A DNA stretch of 64,000 nucleotides from Candidatus Latescibacterota bacterium (lineage in GTDB: Bacteria; Latescibacterota; UBA2968; GCA-2709665), in the NCBI GenBank assembly GCA_965208835.1, contig OZ242358.1, positions 2,784,001 to 2,848,000 on the forward strand, in the 5' to 3' direction. This document shows, one piece after another, positions 39,599-48,961 of the stretch; the first letter of the stretch is position 1; each line of letters begins with the position of its first letter. The position numbers and the translations under genes are program-made. The notes beneath the pieces were generated by a model that was not told the origin of the DNA, searched no databases, and saw nothing but the letters and a program-made list of their open reading frames with translations.

Positions 39599-39722
39599 GG
39601 GGTTCAGTCCGATGGCTGACGCTGCTACAGATAATTCGGCGGGGAAGATGTAGAAACGCGGGAAGTCACCGTTCCGGCAGGAACGGCGGCCGGACTCGGG
39701 GAAACGTGAACCGGCCAAGGCC

Positions 39723-39751
39723 AAAATAACCCATTGCACGTTCGATGTCAA
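39723..39751 (-). promoter_or_regulatory. Sigma70-type promoter for purN-(purC)-mreBC
   Basis: Minus strand TTGACA-N17-TATTTT. Confidence 0.55.
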
Positions 39752-39881
39752 GGGCTTTACAGGTGAAGTTCAGGCGGTACGAATGATAAATTAAACTTGA
39801 CAAAAATGCGACAACATTCCTTATTTAAACCGATATATGTTAAGTACTTACTCATCTGTCGCACCGAACCGGAGGTCGTCA

Positions 39882-40778
39882 TTGAACATCCGCAAGGCGG
39901 TGATCGCGGCTGCCGGCCACGGCAGCCGCATGCTGCCGGCCACCAAGGCCCTGCCCAAAGAGATGATGCCTGTCGTCGATAAACCGGCGATTCAGTACAT
40001 CATCGAAGAACTGGTCGAAGCCGGTATCGAAGACATTCTGATTATTACGGGCAGAGGGAAAAGGGCGATAGAAGACCACTTCGACCGCAATGTCGAGGTC
40101 CACAACGCCCTGAGGAAGCGGGACGACCGCTCGATGCTGGACACTCTCGAACGCATCGAACAACTTGCCGACATCCACTATCTCCGACAGAGGGAACTTC
40201 TGGGAACCGGACACGCCGTCCTCAAGGCCCGCAGACACGTCGGCGACGAGCCGTTCGCCGTTTTGTTCGGAGACGACCTGGTCGTGTCGGGAACCCCGTG
40301 CATCGGGCAACTGATGGATCAGTACGCCAAACTCGGCGCGCCGATTCTGGCCGTTAAGGAAGTGGCAAGGGAACAGGTCGGCAGCTACGGCGTGATCCGG
40401 TCCGAATCCATCAACGGGGCACGACTCGTCAAGGGCCTCGTGGAAAAGCCCGAACCGGCGCGGGCGCCTTCGAACCTCGCTTGCCTGGGTCGTTATATCT
40501 TCGAGCCCGATATTTTCGATTTTCTGAATCGCATCGACCCGGCGGACAGCGGCGAGTACCAACTGACCGACGCCATTCAACTGATGATCCAGTCCCGCCC
40601 CGTGTACGCTTGTCCGGTAAACGGGGACTGGCACACGGTTGGCGACCTGCTTTCGTATCTTCAGACGACCGTTTCGTTTGCCCTGACACACCCAGTTGTC
40701 GGCGAATCCTTCCGGGAGTATCTGAAAAAAACCGTCCGGCCACAGTCCTTCGACGCCGAAGATTCACGCAGGGATTGA
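39882..40778 (+). CDS. galU: UTP--glucose-1-phosphate uridylyltransferase
   Basis: RKAVIAAAGHGSRMLPATKALPKEM, LGTGHA, GDD, VEKP, GEYQLTDAI; TTG start after GGAGG. Confidence 0.94.
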   Translation: MNIRKAVIAAAGHGSRMLPATKALPKEMMPVVDKPAIQYIIEELVEAGIEDILIITGRGKRAIEDHFDRNVEVHNALRKRDDRSMLDTLERIEQLADIHYLRQRELLGTGHAVLKARRHVGDEPFAVLFGDDLVVSGTPCIGQLMDQYAKLGAPILAVKEVAREQVGSYGVIRSESINGARLVKGLVEKPEPARAPSNLACLGRYIFEPDIFDFLNRIDPADSGEYQLTDAIQLMIQSRPVYACPVNGDWHTVGDLLSYLQTTVSFALTHPVVGESFREYLKKTVRPQSFDAEDSRRD

Positions 40779-41264
40779 TCCAGCCTCCGCCAAGGCAAGA
40801 ATGCCATCGAAGACATCCAGAATCTCGTCTACGTGGTCGACAATTGCACGTTCCTGCAGCGCGATCCATTCCGCGTCCTGCCTGCTCAGAACGTTACGCT
40901 GCTTGTAAGTCTCCAGATCATCCCGATCGAGTACCGTAAGCCGGCCGTCAGGATCGAACCAGAGGTCCAGCATGAGGTCGGTGTAGTCCACGTGGCGGTC
41001 GCCGACCATCAGATTCCTGCATATGTGAAAGAGATGCCCCAGCAGCCGGCCTTCCGGATCGCACATCTTCCACAATACATACCCCGCCCCGCGCCGGTAG
41101 TATCCATACGTTACCGATCCGGTGTGTATCACAAGATCCCCAACCCGGCCGGGCCGCGCATTCACATATTTGAGAACCACGTAATCATCGGTGCGCACAA
41201 TGGGGTCACATTCAAAAACGGCATCCGGTTTGTCCAGATGCCGCTTAATCTCACGAAATTTCAT
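40764..41264 (-). CDS. DUF402 (FomD/Ntdp-like) domain protein
   Basis: YTDLMLDL..PDG...LDRDDL acidic motif; the ATG at 41264 overlaps the upstream stop (ATGA). Confidence 0.75.
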   Translation of the reverse strand: MKFREIKRHLDKPDAVFECDPIVRTDDYVVLKYVNARPGRVGDLVIHTGSVTYGYYRRGAGYVLWKMCDPEGRLLGHLFHICRNLMVGDRHVDYTDLMLDLWFDPDGRLTVLDRDDLETYKQRNVLSRQDAEWIALQERAIVDHVDEILDVFDGILALAEAGSIPA

Positions 41265-41437
41265 TGCGTAAACGAACGGGTGAGCAGATAGCAGAACAGC
41301 ATCGTGCTGCTTGCCACCAGCCAGCACCCCCATTGAAGCAGTTTCGCCCGGCGTCCTTCCATACCGGAAGAAACGGACTGTCCAAGATAGCACAGTAGGA
41401 ACACCAACGAAATACCGATACCCCAGATCGTGATCAA
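41261..41437 (-). CDS. Unannotated 58-aa two-TM membrane protein
   Basis: GAGGAGG RBS 7 nt before TTG; MITIWGIGISLVFLLCYLGQSVSSGMEGRRAKLLQWGCWLVASSTMLFCYLLTRSFTQ*; ATGA overlap with the DUF402 start. Confidence 0.7.
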   Translation of the reverse strand: MITIWGIGISLVFLLCYLGQSVSSGMEGRRAKLLQWGCWLVASSTMLFCYLLTRSFTQ

Positions 41438-41449
41438 GAAATTTCCTCC

Positions 41450-42187
41450 TCACTCCTGCGCCTCTCCCGTCATAGGTACGAACCGGACGGGAATGACCTG
41501 TTCTTCCTTCACGCCATCCTCTTCCTTGACGAGAAGCGTCAGGTGTTGATTAACGGTGCCGACGGGTATCACCATGCGCCCGCCTTCCCGCAACTGTTCG
41601 ACCAGCTTCGGCGGAATATGATCGGGCGCCGCTGTCACAATCACCGCGTCGAAGGGCGCATGTTCCTCCCAACCACGGTACCCGTCGCCCAGGCGTACGC
41701 TGACGTTACCGTATCCCATGCGCTTCAGTCGTTCCTCAGCCTGGCTGGCGAGCGACGGCACGATTTCAATGGTATATACCTCGCGCACCAGCTTGGCCAG
41801 GACGGCTGCCTGATAGCCGGATCCGGTTCCCACCTCAAGCACGGTCTCATCGCCGTTCAGATCCAGCAATTCGGTCATTTTCGCCACAATATACGGTTGA
41901 GATATCGTCTGGTCTTCACCGATAGGCAGCGCGCCGTCGTCGTACGCGCGTTCCATGAGGTGTTCGGGCACAAACAGGTGACGCGGCACCCCCAGCAATG
42001 CATTCAACACACGCCGTTCCCTGATTCCGCGACGCTCGATCTGGTTTTTTATCATCCTCTTGCGCATTACGAGAAACCGCGCCTCCTCGTCCGCTGACAC
42101 GTTCCGTCCGTCCGTCGAATCCGCGCTACATCCGGCGCAAAGTGCCAGCCATAGCACCGGCAATGCGGCGCCACGTAAGCGATACAT
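41450..42187 (-). CDS. pcm: Protein-L-isoaspartate O-methyltransferase with a predicted lipoprotein signal
   Basis: QTISQP, VLEVGTGSGY, APFDAVIVTAA, VRFVPM; N-terminus MYRLR-hydrophobic-CAG|C. Confidence 0.94.
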   Translation of the reverse strand: MYRLRGAALPVLWLALCAGCSADSTDGRNVSADEEARFLVMRKRMIKNQIERRGIRERRVLNALLGVPRHLFVPEHLMERAYDDGALPIGEDQTISQPYIVAKMTELLDLNGDETVLEVGTGSGYQAAVLAKLVREVYTIEIVPSLASQAEERLKRMGYGNVSVRLGDGYRGWEEHAPFDAVIVTAAPDHIPPKLVEQLREGGRMVIPVGTVNQHLTLLVKEEDGVKEEQVIPVRFVPMTGEAQE

Positions 42188-42208
42188 GGTCTACGGCCTC
42201 CAGTGGGA

Positions 42209-43831
42209 TCACTTTTTCCTGCTCTCCAGGTATGCCTTGTCCCGTTGCAGGAGTTCAGGGTTCAGGCTGTAGAACAACTCCCGGGTCCGGGAAAGCATCC
42301 TGCTCGTGACGACGAACCGGCCGTCGAGCAATAACGAAGGATTCATCGACGGGTCGATTCCGGCTCTTGCCGCCGAAATCCGGGACTGTGCAGCCATCGC
42401 GGCGCCATCGGCAGCGGCGCAGCGCCCGATTCGCTTGCCATCGATCGCCTGCCGTTTCAGGCAGGCGGCGTGAGATTCCTCGATCCCGAGTTTCGGAGCG
42501 CCCCGGAACACGCACATCGCGAAGGCCCGGTACCGATCGGGATAGATCTGCCGAACACACAAGCTGGAGATCGCGCTTTCATCCTGCCCGATCGGTTGGA
42601 GGCGCAGACGCTCAGGGGCGTCGACGGCGTCGAGCCAGGAGTGAAGGTCTCCGGCGATCCGCACTGTAAGCGGTGACGCATCCGCAAAGAAGAACTCCAT
42701 ACGGCCCGGTATCGCTTTCCGGCCCATCAGCCGGGACACAGGCACGAGTACGGGCCTTGGCATGTAACTTCCCCGGATCGGGTAAACGGCCTTTGCAAAT
42801 CGCTCAAAACGGGCCGTTTTGGAAAAATCGGAGTCGAGGATAAACGCGGGCAACCGATCAACCCGAAACTGATCTGCCAGCTTCCTCCCACGGCGGGAAT
42901 GTACATTAAGCGTTTGAACGTCCACGCCCGGAAACAATTCCCGGGTGGACCGGACAAACGTCGCCGGATCGCAAAGATCACATCCGGTATCGTTCAAGAC
43001 CGTCATCCTGAAGACGACCGGATCGCTGAACCTGCAAGACGCCGCCGGCTCACCGGCGTTAACGCAGACCCCCACCCGGCCCGTCGAAACACAGTCGCGG
43101 TCGGTCCCGCAGACCGGTACCGACGCGCAGGGCCCCGCCAGACTGTCCAGCCCGCAGATGCGTCGGGCAAGGCCATGCGTTTCGATTCCTCCTTCAACTT
43201 CCACACCGTCAACGTACAGGGTCGGTGACGCCTTGACGCCCAGATGAATCGCCCTCCGGATGTTTTCGCGGAAGAGCGTCTCACCTTCCGCGCTGGCGGC
43301 GATTTCCGCCACCCTTTCCGGATTGATTCCTGTGCGTCGGGCACTGGTCTGCCAATCCGGAGATTCCATATTTTCGTTTCTGTCCAGAATATAGTCATAG
43401 AATCGATCAGGATACAAATGCATCATCACGACCTGCCGGATCCCCTCCTCCACCTCGGCATCGCCATGCAGACTCAGGAATCGACCCGTTCCGGATACGG
43501 CACCGGATTCGCAGGATTCACCGTGGCTTCGGAGTGGACGCAACGGTCCGGCGGACACGGGCTCTTTTCCGGCCTCCTGAGCGATAAAATGCAGACGGAA
43601 ATCGATGCCGTCGCCAAATGCCTTGACGGTTGGCGCGAGCGCGGTCTCCGCCCGCATCCCGTAGGGACAGTGCGCCATCACGAACAATTCAACCTCAACG
43701 CGGCTTCCGGCATCACCCGCGCGGTTCCTTGCAGCTTCGCTTCCAGAAATGTCCGTAACAAGCCCGGGAAGCCACTGCAGCAGGCCCACCAGGAAAGGAC
43801 CGCAAATCTCCCACAACCCGGCAGCGCTCAT
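42209..43831 (-). CDS. Multi-domain thioredoxin-fold (GILT/DsbA-like) Cys-rich protein
   Basis: ELFVMAHCPYG, FLSLHG..E, GVKASPT (cis-Pro loop), a Cys-rich linker, CDLC, and a hydrophobic N-terminus. Confidence 0.7.
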   Translation of the reverse strand: MSAAGLWEICGPFLVGLLQWLPGLVTDISGSEAARNRAGDAGSRVEVELFVMAHCPYGMRAETALAPTVKAFGDGIDFRLHFIAQEAGKEPVSAGPLRPLRSHGESCESGAVSGTGRFLSLHGDAEVEEGIRQVVMMHLYPDRFYDYILDRNENMESPDWQTSARRTGINPERVAEIAASAEGETLFRENIRRAIHLGVKASPTLYVDGVEVEGGIETHGLARRICGLDSLAGPCASVPVCGTDRDCVSTGRVGVCVNAGEPAASCRFSDPVVFRMTVLNDTGCDLCDPATFVRSTRELFPGVDVQTLNVHSRRGRKLADQFRVDRLPAFILDSDFSKTARFERFAKAVYPIRGSYMPRPVLVPVSRLMGRKAIPGRMEFFFADASPLTVRIAGDLHSWLDAVDAPERLRLQPIGQDESAISSLCVRQIYPDRYRAFAMCVFRGAPKLGIEESHAACLKRQAIDGKRIGRCAAADGAAMAAQSRISAARAGIDPSMNPSLLLDGRFVVTSRMLSRTRELFYSLNPELLQRDKAYLESRKK

Positions 43832-43962
43832 AATGACCTCAGCTTCTCCTTCAAGAAGGCGTTCGTAGTCTGGCGCCGTGCAGAAAAGGCGGGAGCGCGC
43901 CGCAGGCTCCGAAGGGAATCTACAGAATCTGGATGGGAGGAGGAATCATCTCGGCAGCGGAC

Positions 43963-43991
43963 GCATCCCTGACGACAACCGTCAGGGATGC
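43963..43991. repeat. Perfect 12-bp inverted repeat (possible terminator or mRNA-stabilising hairpin)
   Basis: GCATCCCTGACG-ACAAC-CGTCAGGGATGC; no U-tract. Confidence 0.5.
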
Positions 43992-44073
43992 AGCAGAAGC
44001 AAGAAAGGCCGCCTCCGGCATAGAGACGACCTCTATAAGCTGATTCACAGGTTGCGGCGCCACACCAATGACG

Positions 44074-44874
44074 TCATTTCAACAGCATCATCCGCCTGGA
44101 CGCCGAGAAATCGGCGGCCTGCAGCCGATACAGGTAGATCCCGCTGGCAACCTGCCGTCCCAGCTGGTCCTTGCCATCCCAGTTTGCCGTGTAGTGGCCC
44201 GCTTCATTACGCGCGTCCACCAGAACCCGCACCTCCTGACCGAGGAGATTATAGATGGCCAGCCTGACCTGTCCGGCCTCCGCAATCTGATACTCAATAG
44301 CTGTGGAGGGGTTGAAGGGATTCGGCATATTCTGGCTCAGGGAGGTTCGGTCGGGCACCGGCTTCAAATTCCCGATTTCTATTTGCGTGAGCAGATCGAT
44401 ATTTCCATCGAGCCCGACCAATACGCCTTCAGCGACCTGGAAATCCGTTGGCAGCGGAGTCTCCGTCGTTTTAAAGACGAGCTCGACGAGACCGCCGTCA
44501 CCGCTGGCGCCCACGCCGTCGACTTTCATGGCGCCAATATCCAGTTTTCCGGGCGTCCGGCTGGAAGACAGGAAGAGCGTGTTCTTGTCAGACCGAGACG
44601 AAAGCAGGTTGCCCTCGAGCTCCCTGGCTTCAATAAATTCGTACTTGCCAGTGTCGTAGATCAGCGAGAATCCGTACCCCTTCAGGTCTTTGGCCTGGGC
44701 AAGTGAAACATGGAGCTTAAGGACACCAGGTTCGGCGTCCGGCGCGTCCGCCCGCTCCAGCGTCAGACGAGCGAACGAGTTCTGACCGCCGTTGATGGTC
44801 AATCCATCGGTCATTTCTCCCGCAGACGCGGAGCCCGCCAGAGCGAGTGCCAGAAAAACGAGAATCTTACACAT
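44074..44874 (-). CDS. Exported protein: cohesin-like domain plus FlgD-Ig/C-terminal sorting-like domain
   Basis: Signal peptide (ASA|G); GYGFSLIYD; LSQNMPNPFNPST, IYNLLGQEV, WDGKD..G..VASGIYLYRL. Confidence 0.82.
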   Translation of the reverse strand: MCKILVFLALALAGSASAGEMTDGLTINGGQNSFARLTLERADAPDAEPGVLKLHVSLAQAKDLKGYGFSLIYDTGKYEFIEARELEGNLLSSRSDKNTLFLSSSRTPGKLDIGAMKVDGVGASGDGGLVELVFKTTETPLPTDFQVAEGVLVGLDGNIDLLTQIEIGNLKPVPDRTSLSQNMPNPFNPSTAIEYQIAEAGQVRLAIYNLLGQEVRVLVDARNEAGHYTANWDGKDQLGRQVASGIYLYRLQAADFSASRRMMLLK

Positions 44875-44928
44875 AACCGCCCCCTTTCGGAGTTCAGACG
44901 AACCTCGTCGTGAAGCCTTCTCCCCTTA

Positions 44929-44957
44929 AATCTACGTGGTACAGTGCCCCATGTCAA
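44929..44957 (-). promoter_or_regulatory. Sigma70-type promoter for 44874 gene
   Basis: Minus strand TTGACA-N17-TAGATT. Confidence 0.6.
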
Positions 44958-45140
44958 CAGTCAAATACGGCGGATGTCGCGCAGAAAATCCAATGGCATA
45001 AAACAGACTCCGGTACCGTGAAACAGATGGACGCCAGCGCCCCGATTCGGTCAGGGAATCATCGAAGCTTCCGGCGCCTCCCGGCAGACCCGTTCAGGGA
45101 AAACACCGACAGGCCACGACGACGCAAGGCGAAGGCTGAC

Positions 45141-46664
45141 TCACTGCACCGGTCGCAGATCGCCGAAATAGTCCTGAATCGAGTCGACGAGGCCGTCGAT
45201 GCCGACTTCCCGGTCTGCGGCTTGCGCCACAACGGAATAGCCCAGATTCCGAGCCGTCTCCGCCGTTGTGGGCCCAATACAGGCAGCGGGGAGTGTCCGC
45301 GCAACTTCAGGCATTCCGAATTGCTTAAATAATTCCGTACAATTCGATGCGGCAGAGGGACTTGAAAAAACAACCAGGTCAACCTCATTCCGTTGAAGGC
45401 GTCCCTTGACCTGACCCGAAATGCGCGGAGGTTTCTCAGTCCGGTAAACAATGACCTCCCGCACATCCGCCCCCAGCCCGCGCAATGCATCCGGTATTGT
45501 TCTCCGCCCCTTTTGCCCACGGGGAATCAGTACGCGCAGCCCGGACACGTTTACGTCGGCGAACTGCTCCGCAAGGTCGGAGGCCGTGTGCCGGCGCGGG
45601 CACAAGTCCACACGCAGGCCGTAACTCCGAACCTTCTCCGCGGATTTCCGACCCACGACGGCAACCCTGACTTTCGACAATCCGTTGAGGTTGCCATGCA
45701 ACCTTCGCACCCGCTTGACGAACCGTTCAATGGCGTTTCCGCTGGCAAAAACGAGCCAGTCAAATCGGTCCAACTCCTCAATTGCGGCATCCACCGGCAA
45801 CCAATCAGGCGGATCCGTGATCTCTATGGCCGGGGCCACCAGGACCTCCGCCCCGAGTCCCATCAACATGCCGCGCAGGTCCCCCGCCTGATTCCGGCTG
45901 CGGGTAATCATGACACGCCTGCCGAAAAGAGGAAGCCGCTCGAACCATGGAAAGTCCGACGCTGCCACTTCGCCCACCACAATTGCGGCTGGGCTGCGTG
46001 CGTCCACATCGGCCAGGGTACCGAGCGTGCACCGGACGGTCGTCTGACCCGGCAACGTACCGTCCTGCACCACGGCCACAGGCGTGTCGACGGAACGTCC
46101 TGCCTGGATCAGTCTTCGGGCGACCTCACCACGATTCCGCACGCCCATCAGTACGACAAGGGTGCCACCCAGCTGACCCAGCGCGCGCCAGTCTACCTCC
46201 GGGAGCGCGTCCAAAGACTCGCGGTGACCCGTAAGAATCGTCACATGTGGTGCGATCCCCCGTCGGGTGACCGTTATACCCGCGTATGCCGGCGCGGCGA
46301 TCGCGCTGGTAATTCCGGGTATCACTTCAAATGCGATGCCGGCCTCTTTCAGCGTTGCCATCTCCTCCCCGCCGCGCCCGAACAGGAATGGGTCTCCACC
46401 CTTCAGGCGCACCACCCTGAGCCCCTTCTCCGCCCGTTCAACCATCAGCCGGTTGATCCGTTCCTGCTGTTGTAACTGGGCGCCGGGACGTTTGCCCACG
46501 TCAATCCGCTCACAATGCGGCGGCGCTTCGTCCAGCAGCGCCGGATTCGCCAGGCTGTCGTAAAGAATCACGTCAGCTTTCCGGATACGACGAAGGGCCT
46601 TTATTGTGATCAGTTCGGGATCTCCCGGCCCCGCACCAACGAGAAAAACCGCGCCTTTCGCCAT
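45141..46664 (-). CDS. cobA: Uroporphyrinogen-III C-methyltransferase / uroporphyrinogen-III synthase fusion (CobA-HemD)
   Basis: VGAGPGDPELIT, RLKGGDPF, VIPGITSA; then ITRS, FASGNA, FSSPS, CIGPTTA. Confidence 0.93.
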   Translation of the reverse strand: MAKGAVFLVGAGPGDPELITIKALRRIRKADVILYDSLANPALLDEAPPHCERIDVGKRPGAQLQQQERINRLMVERAEKGLRVVRLKGGDPFLFGRGGEEMATLKEAGIAFEVIPGITSAIAAPAYAGITVTRRGIAPHVTILTGHRESLDALPEVDWRALGQLGGTLVVLMGVRNRGEVARRLIQAGRSVDTPVAVVQDGTLPGQTTVRCTLGTLADVDARSPAAIVVGEVAASDFPWFERLPLFGRRVMITRSRNQAGDLRGMLMGLGAEVLVAPAIEITDPPDWLPVDAAIEELDRFDWLVFASGNAIERFVKRVRRLHGNLNGLSKVRVAVVGRKSAEKVRSYGLRVDLCPRRHTASDLAEQFADVNVSGLRVLIPRGQKGRRTIPDALRGLGADVREVIVYRTEKPPRISGQVKGRLQRNEVDLVVFSSPSAASNCTELFKQFGMPEVARTLPAACIGPTTAETARNLGYSVVAQAADREVGIDGLVDSIQDYFGDLRPVQ

Positions 46665-46721
46665 TATTATCCCAAATCGCCACGGATCCAGCCGACCTCC
46701 CGTGACACGTTGCCCTGCGGA

Positions 46722-47642
46722 CTAGAGAGCGTCGCCGAGGATCTCCTTCGCCCCGCGCTCGATCAGCAGATCGGAAAGCCTCCTGCCGACATCGACGGAA
46801 TCTTCCGGATCTCCCGTCGTCCGTGCGCGGACGATCTTTCCGCCGTCCGGCTCGGCCACCATCCCATCCGCAATGAGACACCCCTCATCCAACCGCGCCC
46901 ACGCGCCAACCGGCATCTGACATCCCCCGGCGAGTTCATCCAGCATTGCTCGCTCGGCACTCACAGCCGAATGAGTGGAACAATCATGCAGACAGCGCGT
47001 CACCTGCGCGACGCCGTCATCGTCCTGTCTGATCTCGATACCCAGCGCACCCTGGCCTGGAGCCGGAAGAAACCGTTCTGCCGGGAGGAATTCGCTTACG
47101 CGACCTGCTAAACCGAGCCTGCGCAGACCCGCCGCGGCCAGGACCACGGCTTCAACTTCACCCGCATCGAGTTTCCGCAACCGGGTATCCACGTTTCCGC
47201 GGATCCCTTCAACCCTCAGGTCGGGCCTGATATGCCGCAACTGCGCCTGGCGTCTCAGGCTGCCCGTGCCCACCACCGAGCCCTCAGGGAGATTCTCGAG
47301 TGTGTGACCGTTACGGCTGACCAGGGCGTCCCTGACGTCCAAGCGGCGGCTGATGGCCACCAGGCGCAGGCCCTGCGGCAGCCGGGTAGGCAGGTCTTTC
47401 AATGAGTGTACTGCCAGGTCGATTCGCCCGTCGAGGAGCGCCTCTTCGATTTCCCTGGTAAAGACGCGCTTACCGCCGATCCGGGCAACCGGCAGGTTCA
47501 GCTCATGATCCCCCTTCGTTCTGATGACGTCTATGCGAACTTCGAGACCGGGATACGCCTGCAGCAGTGCCGTCCTTGCCCATTCCGCCTGGCACAGGGC
47601 GAGGGGGCTGCCGCGGCTGCCGATCACAAGCCGATTCAACAT
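46722..47642 (-). CDS. hemC: Hydroxymethylbilane synthase
   Basis: GSRGSPLAL.Q, AVHSLKD, GSLRR, RGNVDTRL, GGCQMP. Confidence 0.96.
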   Translation of the reverse strand: MLNRLVIGSRGSPLALCQAEWARTALLQAYPGLEVRIDVIRTKGDHELNLPVARIGGKRVFTREIEEALLDGRIDLAVHSLKDLPTRLPQGLRLVAISRRLDVRDALVSRNGHTLENLPEGSVVGTGSLRRQAQLRHIRPDLRVEGIRGNVDTRLRKLDAGEVEAVVLAAAGLRRLGLAGRVSEFLPAERFLPAPGQGALGIEIRQDDDGVAQVTRCLHDCSTHSAVSAERAMLDELAGGCQMPVGAWARLDEGCLIADGMVAEPDGGKIVRARTTGDPEDSVDVGRRLSDLLIERGAKEILGDAL

Positions 47643-48961
47643 TCGGTTTGCACCCTTTCCGCGGGTGCTTCCCGAGCGGTCGATTTCGCCTCCCGGGCCG
47701 GAGTCGCATCCAGGTCGAACAGGCGGATGAGCGTGTCAACGTAGTTCAGCGCCTCCCCTGAATCGGCGGCTTCACGCAACCGGACCTGTGGAGCGTGCAG
47801 CAGCTTGTTCATGTAAAGCCTCAGGAGACCGGCCACTTTCTCTTGTTGTACTTCAGAGAAATCCGACAACCTGGCGCGATCCAGTTCCTCCTCGAGGAGT
47901 TTCTGGAATCGCTGACGCATGGCCACGATGGCGGGCACGACATCGAGCGAATTCAACCAGGACGCGAACACCCTCACCTCTTCGTCGACGATATGCCGCG
48001 CCTTCTCCGCCTCACGCCGCCTCTTTTTCTTGTTTGCTCCGACGACCGCCTGCAGATCGTCAATGTCGTACAGAAAGACGTTATAGAGTGATCCCGCGTC
48101 GGGGGCGATGTCTCTCGGCACCGCGATATCGATGAGAAACATGGCGTTGTTCCGGCGCTGCTGCATCGCGCGCGCTACCCGGGGCTTCTCCAGAATCGGG
48201 ACCGTCGCGCTGGTTGAACTGATCACGATGTCGGCGCGGTGCAGGCCATCCATTGCATCGGACCAGGACAATGCTTTCCCGTTCACGCGTTTCGCCAGGT
48301 CGCGTGCCCGCATGAACGTCCGACTGGACACCATCAGCCGCCCGACCCCTCCATCCACAAGGTGCCTGGCGGTCAGCTCGCTCATCTCGCCCGCACCCAA
48401 TACCAGGGCGGTCCTTTCGTCCAGTTTTCCCAGGATCTTCTTTGCCAGCGCCACGGCCGCGAAACTGACCGAAACCGCGCCGTCGGCGATTTCGGTTTCC
48501 GTTCTGGCCCGTTTCGAGGCTTCGACGGCCGAACGAAACAACCGGTTCAGAACGGTGCCGCTCGTTCCCGCTTCCAGCGCGCGTGCGCCCGCGTCCTTCA
48601 CCTGACCCGCGATCTGCGGCTCGCCCATGATCATCGAATCGAGCCCCGACGCAACACACAGCAGGTGTCGAACGGCATCCAGATCGTTGCGGGTGAATAT
48701 GAATTCGCCCAACTCACCGGCGTCGATCCCGCTGATTTCGCCGAAAACGCCGATGACGCCCGCGCGTGCGGTCTCGGGATCGTCGGTTATAACGTAGGCT
48801 TCGGAACGATTGCAGGTTGAAATGAGACTGCATTCAACCACGGAACCGATCGCGTACAACTGTTCAAGGATGGAGCCGTGCTTCTGTTCGGAGACCGACA
48901 CGCGGTCCCGGACATCCACCGAAGCCGTTCGGTGGTTCAATCCCACAACTACGATAGACAT
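47636..48961 (-). CDS. hemA: Glutamyl-tRNA reductase
   Basis: GLNHRTA, STCNRSE, GEPQIAGQ, GAGEM, DIAVPRD. Confidence 0.97.
   Translation of the reverse strand: MSIVVVGLNHRTASVDVRDRVSVSEQKHGSILEQLYAIGSVVECSLISTCNRSEAYVITDDPETARAGVIGVFGEISGIDAGELGEFIFTRNDLDAVRHLLCVASGLDSMIMGEPQIAGQVKDAGARALEAGTSGTVLNRLFRSAVEASKRARTETEIADGAVSVSFAAVALAKKILGKLDERTALVLGAGEMSELTARHLVDGGVGRLMVSSRTFMRARDLAKRVNGKALSWSDAMDGLHRADIVISSTSATVPILEKPRVARAMQQRRNNAMFLIDIAVPRDIAPDAGSLYNVFLYDIDDLQAVVGANKKKRRREAEKARHIVDEEVRVFASWLNSLDVVPAIVAMRQRFQKLLEEELDRARLSDFSEVQQEKVAGLLRLYMNKLLHAPQVRLREAADSGEALNYVDTLIRLFDLDATPAREAKSTAREAPAERVQTEC

Noticed and set aside
39600-39722. ZTP (pfl) or purine riboswitch upstream of purN
   Set aside because: Conserved GACUGGCG/CGCCUGGG or purine-aptamer core nucleotides were not found in the leader
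41265-41453. N-terminal extension of the DUF402 ORF given in the track
   Set aside because: Better explained by the separate 58-aa ORF with a strong RBS and an ATGA overlap at 41261-41264
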